Positions 37,545-41,929 of a stretch of DNA of 41,929 bases are shown here, piece by piece. Each line of letters begins with the position of its first letter. The stretch's first letter is position 1. Below the pieces are notes generated by a model. That model did not search any database and was not told where the DNA came from. It saw only the letters and a program-made list of their open reading frames with translations. Made by a program: the position numbers and the translations under genes. Location: the IMG/VR virus record IMGVR_UViG_3300022183_000017, positions 1 to 41,929 of that record, one strand, 5' to 3'. The stretch comes from a virus (lineage: Duplodnaviria; Caudoviricetes).

Positions 37545-39436
37545 TGAGTTTGCAAATGACAATGTTTGGCCCCAAGAGTGAATGGGTGCCACCCGCAGAA
37601 CTGCCAGACATCTTTGATGCAAAGCAAATTGCTATAGATGTCGAGACCCGCGACCCAAACATCAAAGTTAACGGGCCGGGATGGCCCACTGGAGACGGAG
37701 AAGTTGTGGGCTACGCTATCGCGGTAGCAGATTGGGCCGGATACATACCTATTCGCCACCTTGGGGGCGGTAACTTAGATGAGCGCATTGTCAATAAGTG
37801 GCTCAAGAAAGTTTTTGAGTGCCCCGCCGACAAGATTATGCACAACGCTCAATACGACGCCGGTTGGATACGTCGTATGGGGTTCAAGATAAACGGGCGC
37901 ATCATCGACACCATGCTGGTAGCCGCTCTGTTAGATGAAAACCGATTCAGCTACAGTTTGAATGCGCTTTGCTACGATTTGCTGGGCAAAATAAAAACCG
38001 AAAAGACTTTGCAGGAAGCCGCCCGTGAGTTCGGGCTCGACCCTAAAGCTGAGATGTGGAAGATGCCTGCGATGTATGTCGGCCCGTATGCTCAGAATGA
38101 CGCAGAAATAACCCTAGATTTATGGAATTATTTATCTACACAATTAACCAAAGAAGACCTTTGGCATATCGCGGACCTTGAATTAAAGCTTTTGCCCTGC
38201 TTAATCGACATGACATGGCGCGGCGTCCGTATTGATCAAAACCGTGTCGAGCGCACTCGTAACATGCTTCTTAAAAGAGAAAAAGACATTGTTAAACAAA
38301 TAAAGTCTGTGGCCGGTATGGACGTAGAGCTTTGGGCGGCTGCTTCAATTTCTAAAGCTTTTGATAAGTTAAGCATTTCCTACCCAAAAACTGAAAAGGG
38401 CGCACCGTCCTTTACAAAGTCTTTCCTGACGGATCACCCGCATGAACTGGCACAACTAATCGTGCAGGCCCGAAACCTAAACAAGACTAGCGGAACCTTC
38501 ATCAACACAATTATGAAGCACTGCCGGACAGACGGACGCATTCACGGGCACATCAACCAGATTAGGTCAGACGACGGCGGCACGGTTTCGGGGCGCATTT
38601 CAATGTCCAACCCAAACCTACAGCAAATCCCCGCCCGCGACCCTGAACTGGGGCCGATGATCCGTAGCTTGTTCCTGCCAGAAGAGGGCGAGCAATGGGC
38701 GGCTATTGATTTCTCGCAGCAAGAACCGCGCATCTTGGTGCATTATGCACACTTATTTAATAAACACCGCGGCGGATCAATGAGGGGCGTAGAGGAGTTC
38801 GTAAATGCTTATAGACACGATCCTGATATGGATTTTCATACGATGGTTGCAGAAATGGCGTCGATCAATCGCAAACAGGCGAAGACGATTAACTTAGGCA
38901 TGATGTACGGGATGGGCGTTAACAAACTTTCTGAGCAGTTAGACATTGACGTAGAAGACGCCAAGAGTCTGGTTAAGCAGTACCATGATCGCGTCCCGTT
39001 TGTTAAGGGCTTGATGAACGGTGTTCAGGCACGTTTGAACGACAAAACAAGTGGAGGCTCTGTGCGGTCTTTATTGGGGCGTAAATGCCGCTTTGATCTG
39101 TGGGAGCCAGACACTTTTGCCATGAACAAAGCTCATCCGTACCAAAAAGCCATTGACGAGTACGGCGAGACAACGAGGCTTAAACGGGCATATACCTACA
39201 AAGCCCTAAACAGGCTTATTCAGGCGTCCGCCGCAGACATGACTAAGCAGTCTATGGTCAACATGTATGAGCAAGGATATGTTCCACTAATTCAAATCCA
39301 CGATGAAATAGCTATTTCGGTAAAAGACCGTGCGGCAGCAGAAAATATTGCCAACATCATGGAAAATGCTGTACCCTTGGAAATACCAAGTAAATGCGAC
39401 ATAGAGATCGGCCCAAGTTGGGGTGAAGCTAAGTAA
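37544..39436 (+). CDS. polA: Family A DNA polymerase with 3'-5' exonuclease, Leu762 type
   Basis: Exo DVET, HNAQYD, YAQND; GRISMSNPNLQQIP; motif A DFSQQEPR; motif B RKQAKTINLGMMYG; motif C IHDE. Confidence 0.96.
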   Translation: MSLQMTMFGPKSEWVPPAELPDIFDAKQIAIDVETRDPNIKVNGPGWPTGDGEVVGYAIAVADWAGYIPIRHLGGGNLDERIVNKWLKKVFECPADKIMHNAQYDAGWIRRMGFKINGRIIDTMLVAALLDENRFSYSLNALCYDLLGKIKTEKTLQEAAREFGLDPKAEMWKMPAMYVGPYAQNDAEITLDLWNYLSTQLTKEDLWHIADLELKLLPCLIDMTWRGVRIDQNRVERTRNMLLKREKDIVKQIKSVAGMDVELWAAASISKAFDKLSISYPKTEKGAPSFTKSFLTDHPHELAQLIVQARNLNKTSGTFINTIMKHCRTDGRIHGHINQIRSDDGGTVSGRISMSNPNLQQIPARDPELGPMIRSLFLPEEGEQWAAIDFSQQEPRILVHYAHLFNKHRGGSMRGVEEFVNAYRHDPDMDFHTMVAEMASINRKQAKTINLGMMYGMGVNKLSEQLDIDVEDAKSLVKQYHDRVPFVKGLMNGVQARLNDKTSGGSVRSLLGRKCRFDLWEPDTFAMNKAHPYQKAIDEYGETTRLKRAYTYKALNRLIQASAADMTKQSMVNMYEQGYVPLIQIHDEIAISVKDRAAAENIANIMENAVPLEIPSKCDIEIGPSWGEAK

Positions 39437-39493
39437 GCTTTTTCATGGTGTTCCTCCCTTAAACTGGCTCCGCTTCGGCGGGGCCTTTTTTTT
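39437..39493 (+). ncRNA. Candidate 3'-UTR small RNA with anti-SD seed
   Basis: GCTTTTTCATGGTGTTCCTCCCTT between the polA stop and the terminator; its reverse complement is SD + ATG AAA AAG C. Confidence 0.4.
39466..39493 (+). terminator. Intrinsic terminator of the replication operon
   Basis: GGCTCCGC-TTCG-GCGGGGCC with cUUCGg tetraloop and T8. Confidence 0.93.
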
Positions 39494-39494
39494 C

Positions 39495-39523
39495 TTGCGT
39501 ACATACCATATCTCCTATATATT
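39495..39523 (+). promoter_or_regulatory. Sigma70-like promoter for the RHH gene
   Basis: TTGCGT, 17 bp, TATATT. Confidence 0.6.
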
Positions 39524-39558
39524 CGCTTATAGAAACGCTATATATGGAGTTTTCCTTA

Positions 39559-39717
39559 ATGGATATAACTAAATGGAAGTCTGTCTTGGTGCCAATCGAG
39601 GTATATGAGCAGATTAGAACAATCGCAAAAGCCGAAGGCCGGACAATAAGCGGGCAGCTTCGTATTATGTGGGAAGTGTATAAAGAGACCCGCATAAAAG
39701 AACTCCAGAGCCGTTGA
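39559..39717 (+). CDS. 52-aa ribbon-helix-helix (Arc-like) regulator (not in ORF track)
   Basis: MDITKWKSVLVPIEVYEQIRTIAKAEGRTISGQLRIMWEVYKETRIKELQSR; strand-helix-A..EGRT(I)-helix pattern; GGAG SD at 39546-39549. Confidence 0.8.
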   Translation: MDITKWKSVLVPIEVYEQIRTIAKAEGRTISGQLRIMWEVYKETRIKELQSR

Positions 39718-39742
39718 CATATTTTTTTAGCTATGGTATGGG
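39714..39742 (+). promoter_or_regulatory. Sigma70-like promoter of the small-gene operon
   Basis: TTGACA (39714-39719), 17 bp, TATGGG with a TGn extension; weak -10 overlapping the TATGGGA motif. Confidence 0.55.
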
Positions 39743-39776
39743 ATAAGTAATGTTAACTCTTATACGGGAGACCAAT

Positions 39777-40217
39777 GTGGACTATACAAAGTTAATTGTT
39801 TCAACCATCGGGGACGTTTTAGGTGACGCCGAAGACCACGGCATGAAGCCGACGCCTGCTATGAAACGGCTCGCGGCCTACGGCCTTCTGGTTGAAGCTC
39901 AACTCGACGAAGCCAATACTCTGGGAGAGAAACCGCAAGAAGACATGCCGGAAAAGTTCCATTTCACCCCTGACGGCATTGAAATGAGTTTTGATTTCAC
40001 GCCCGAATGGGTAAAGCAGCCCAAAGTAAAACGCAAGAACGGCCGGAAAAATTGCAAAGAATGCAACACTAAGCTCACGGGTTTAAAGCGTTTGTTCTGT
40101 TCTAGGTTATGCCAAAAACGCAATTGGATTAAAGATAATCCTGAAAAAGTTCAGGCCAGCCACAACCGGTACGGTAAACGACAAAAGTCAAAACAAAAAC
40201 TCAGTTTGGTAAAATGA
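39777..40217 (+). CDS. Hypothetical protein with C-terminal C4 zinc finger
   Basis: GTG start behind GGGAG SD; CKEC...FCSRLC and basic tail. Confidence 0.7.
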   Translation: MDYTKLIVSTIGDVLGDAEDHGMKPTPAMKRLAAYGLLVEAQLDEANTLGEKPQEDMPEKFHFTPDGIEMSFDFTPEWVKQPKVKRKNGRKNCKECNTKLTGLKRLFCSRLCQKRNWIKDNPEKVQASHNRYGKRQKSKQKLSLVK

Positions 40218-40390
40218 AAACTTGCCCTGAGTGCGGCGGGGAGGGACAATGTGAGTATGAAGTCTCAGTGCCCTCCCCAATGTCTTGGCGGGGCGGGTGG
40301 CTTGAAGACCGGTTGTTAGAGTGCGAGATTTGTGGCGGATCAGGAGAGTTGGGAGATGATAAAGAACAGGGAATTGAATTATCCCCCTAA
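40214..40390 (+). CDS. 58-aa DnaJ-type zinc-finger protein (not in ORF track)
   Basis: MKTCPECGGEG...ECEICGGSGE: two CxxCxGxG motifs; ATGA overlap with the upstream gene. Confidence 0.8.
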   Translation: MKTCPECGGEGQCEYEVSVPSPMSWRGGWLEDRLLECEICGGSGELGDDKEQGIELSP

Positions 40391-40574
40391 ACCTTTTGGT
40401 GACGCCGGTAAAATACAAAAGCTTCTAGATAACAACCAGTGCCCGCGCTGCCGAACAAATTTACCGCCCGTCGAAGTGCACGGTCATGTGCAATGCGCCG
40501 TATGCAAACTTTATATCAACGAATGCTGTCAGGGAGAGCAATGTGATATGCCCGAAGTGTCAGGGGAAAAGTAA
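40356..40574 (+). CDS. Small zinc-ribbon protein
   Basis: CPRC...VHGHVQCAVC...ECCQGE; start ATG 40356 with AGGAG SD. Confidence 0.75.
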   Translation: MIKNRELNYPPKPFGDAGKIQKLLDNNQCPRCRTNLPPVEVHGHVQCAVCKLYINECCQGEQCDMPEVSGEK

Positions 40575-40821
40575 AGTATATAATAGCCGACCTAAGAATG
40601 ATACTATTCGTCGGAATAGAAAGTGCCTAGAGTGTGGACATAAATACACGACCCTAGAACTACTGGAACACCCCGTAGAAAAAATAGTGCGGCCTACGAA
40701 GCCAAAATTAACACTGGTTAAAAAGAAGAAACCGAAGCATAAACCGCGGTTCACCGACCTTGACTTTGATAATATGTCAGACGAAGAACTAGAAGCGGCA
40801 ATATTCGACGGGAGGTTTTAA
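40543..40821 (+). CDS. NrdR-like zinc-ribbon protein lacking the ATP cone
   Basis: CPKC...KV.NSR....IRR.RKC.ECG.KYTT.E matches the NrdR N-terminal domain pattern; GTG start with GGGAG SD. Confidence 0.75.
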   Translation: MICPKCQGKSKVYNSRPKNDTIRRNRKCLECGHKYTTLELLEHPVEKIVRPTKPKLTLVKKKKPKHKPRFTDLDFDNMSDEELEAAIFDGRF

Positions 40822-40938
40822 TGCGAAAAGTTAGGAACCCTGTCGCTAAACAAATAAAGCGTTTTAAAAACCAGATAGTCCGACCCAAAAAAGGGAAAGG
40901 ATCGTATAAAAGGAGAGGGCGGGTCTACCGCCCTTTTT
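40821..40938 (+). CDS. arfA: ArfA-like alternative ribosome-rescue factor, predicted non-stop ~39-aa form (first in-frame stop only at 41138)
   Basis: GGGAGG SD; NPVAKQI..FK.QIV.PKKGKGSYKR versus E. coli ArfA N...FRQRV..KKGKGSY.R; terminator inside the frame. Confidence 0.7.
40916..40938 (+). terminator. Intrinsic terminator within the arfA-like frame (possibly bidirectional)
   Basis: AGGGCGG-GTCTA-CCGCCCT-TTTT; the loop contains the stop codon of the convergent nuclease gene. Confidence 0.7.
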
Positions 40939-41326
40939 CTATGCACTTGTCCCACGACCGCACTTCTAAATCATCTTTATCAAACTTCTGGGGCAGGAAC
41001 CGCTTGGTTAGCTGCCCCTTTAAACATTCAACCGGCTTAAATAAAACCCGCTCGCGATCCAAAGCCACTAGCGCGACGACATCACAGTTTTTCTTGGTCA
41101 AAGGGCGTTTTTTACCGCCATACCCCAAAGAAAAATGATACCCCGACCCGTTTTTATTTCGCTTAAACTGGCTTGCCTTAACTTGGACGCGGATTAAACC
41201 GTCCTCTGTCTGTGCTATGATGTCCGTAGTGCCCATATGTACTATCTCGCAAGATACACCCAGTTTCATCAGGCGCACCATACAAATGAGCTCACCAATC
41301 TTTCCAGAATTGACCGCGTCGTGCAT
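40925..41326 (-). CDS. PD-(D/E)XK endonuclease
   Basis: G.IGE (motif I), TDII (motif II), RVQVK (motif III), CDVVALV. Confidence 0.8.
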   Translation of the reverse strand: MHDAVNSGKIGELICMVRLMKLGVSCEIVHMGTTDIIAQTEDGLIRVQVKASQFKRNKNGSGYHFSLGYGGKKRPLTKKNCDVVALVALDRERVLFKPVECLKGQLTKRFLPQKFDKDDLEVRSWDKCIEKGR

Positions 41327-41383
41327 ATCTTAACTTTACACATAACGATTTCGAAAAAAACATCTTTTATGCCTATTTATATG

Positions 41384-41411
41384 TTGCAATTCCCATACAA
41401 TCGTATATAAA
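41384..41411 (+). promoter_or_regulatory. Sigma70-like promoter of the candidate sRNA
   Basis: TTGCAA (41384-41389), 16 bp, TATAAA (41406-41411); predicted start near 41418. Confidence 0.55.
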
Positions 41412-41417
41412 GGTCTT

Positions 41418-41489
41418 TGTAGAGCCCCCAAGCTTTACATTCCCGTAGTGAAGCCCTCAGAGTGATGCCGCTCTGGGGGTTTTCTTTTT
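41418..41489 (+). ncRNA. Candidate antisense small RNA (~70 nt)
   Basis: Hairpin TGTAGAGC-CCCCAA-GCTTTACA, linker TTCCCGTAGTG, 14-bp terminator stem (41451-41482) plus T tract; no ORF; linker complementary to the downstream RBS. Confidence 0.7.
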
Positions 41490-41493
41490 CCTG

Positions 41494-41523
41494 TTGACAA
41501 TATGTTGTCATTTATATTATATG
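41494..41523 (+). promoter_or_regulatory. Sigma70-like promoter of the next early operon
   Basis: TTGACA (41494-41499) followed by AT-rich TATATTATATG offering several -10 candidates. Confidence 0.65.
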
Positions 41524-41555
41524 GGATAAATCTTATATCACTACGGGAGATAAAA

Positions 41556-41882
41556 ATGATTGGTGACGATAAAATTGACTTTGTAAACGGGCTGTCTAAC
41601 GAAGATGTCGCAGATGTAATCAGTATCCTCGCTTCACGGCTCTGTGTCTGGGAACAAAATGACGGTGTTAGCTGCTTAACAGACGTGGAAAACGCGACCC
41701 TGAACGGGGCTTTTGTGCAAATCAACCCAAAGCACCGGCATAAGCGTTCTAAAAATCCAAAAGAACTTACGCGGGAGCAACTTTACTCCGTCCTAATCGG
41801 TAAATTTGACGATGATGTCTGGCACTGTAGCCGAACCGAAGACGGGCTCGTCGAAATCCAGTTCTATGTGAAGGAGGACTGA
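41556..41882 (+). CDS. Hypothetical early protein
   Basis: ATG 41556 behind GGGAG SD; acidic 108-aa protein. Confidence 0.7.
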   Translation: MIGDDKIDFVNGLSNEDVADVISILASRLCVWEQNDGVSCLTDVENATLNGAFVQINPKHRHKRSKNPKELTREQLYSVLIGKFDDDVWHCSRTEDGLVEIQFYVKED

Positions 41883-41883
41883 T

Positions 41884-41929
41884 ATGCTTGTTATTACACG
41901 GGAAGAAGCGCAAGCGCGAGGGCTAAAAC
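41884..41929 (+). CDS. 5' part of a CDS truncated by the window end (MLVITREEAQARGLK...)
   Basis: AGGAGG SD; the I.R.EA...GLK start is seen in phage HNH-associated DNA-binding modules; too short to assign. Confidence 0.55.
   Translation, partial: MLVITREEAQARGLK

Noticed and set aside
39429-39446. Minus-strand micro-ORF MKKLT
   Set aside because: Only five codons, facing a strong plus-strand operon, with no evident promoter; treated as an antisense seed instead, though translation is not excluded.
40939-41138. C-terminal two thirds of the 105-aa ORF as real protein
   Set aside because: Lies beyond the terminator and wholly antisense to a well-formed nuclease gene; probably only a read-through tail.
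1-41929. tRNA genes, integrase/att sites, terminase and portal
   Set aside because: None recognised by eye; the packaging genes presumably lie outside the window. A tRNAscan/ARAGORN run would be needed to exclude tRNAs.

Overview
The window is about 42 kb of a tailed dsDNA phage genome, probably a podovirus; no terminase, portal or integrase gene was recognised in it. Gene order: lysis genes (holin, GH108 endolysin), GroES, scaffold, Mu-gpT-like major capsid protein, small basic head proteins, adaptors, tail fibres, nozzle, four large internal/ejection proteins, an HlyC-like acyltransferase, then a replication module (SNF2 helicase, SSB, AEP primase, UvrD-like helicase, Leu762-type PolA) and a cluster of small early/regulatory genes. 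This content resembles marine alphaproteobacterial phages of the HTVC023P/CRP-901 type (inferred from gene content, not from a search). Three genes missing from the ORF track were found: a 45-aa KKMRGGGMV repeat peptide, an RHH regulator and a DnaJ-type zinc finger. Most interesting observations: (1) an ArfA-like ribosome-rescue factor whose frame runs into an intrinsic terminator before any stop codon, i.e. a candidate non-stop, tmRNA-gated mRNA; (2) a ~70-nt promoter-to-terminator small RNA with two exposed seeds complementary to the ribosome-binding sites of phage genes, including an 11-nt perfect match and the primase RBS; (3) a polA 3'-UTR RNA antisense to a generic 'GGGAGGAACACCATGAAAAAG' translation start; (4) a shared [MF]xxGG / GI[AG]xL motif system across internal and small basic virion proteins, with one peptide made almost entirely of the motif; (5) an RTX-toxin-type acyltransferase closing the ejection-protein operon. 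All functional assignments are by motif recognition only.
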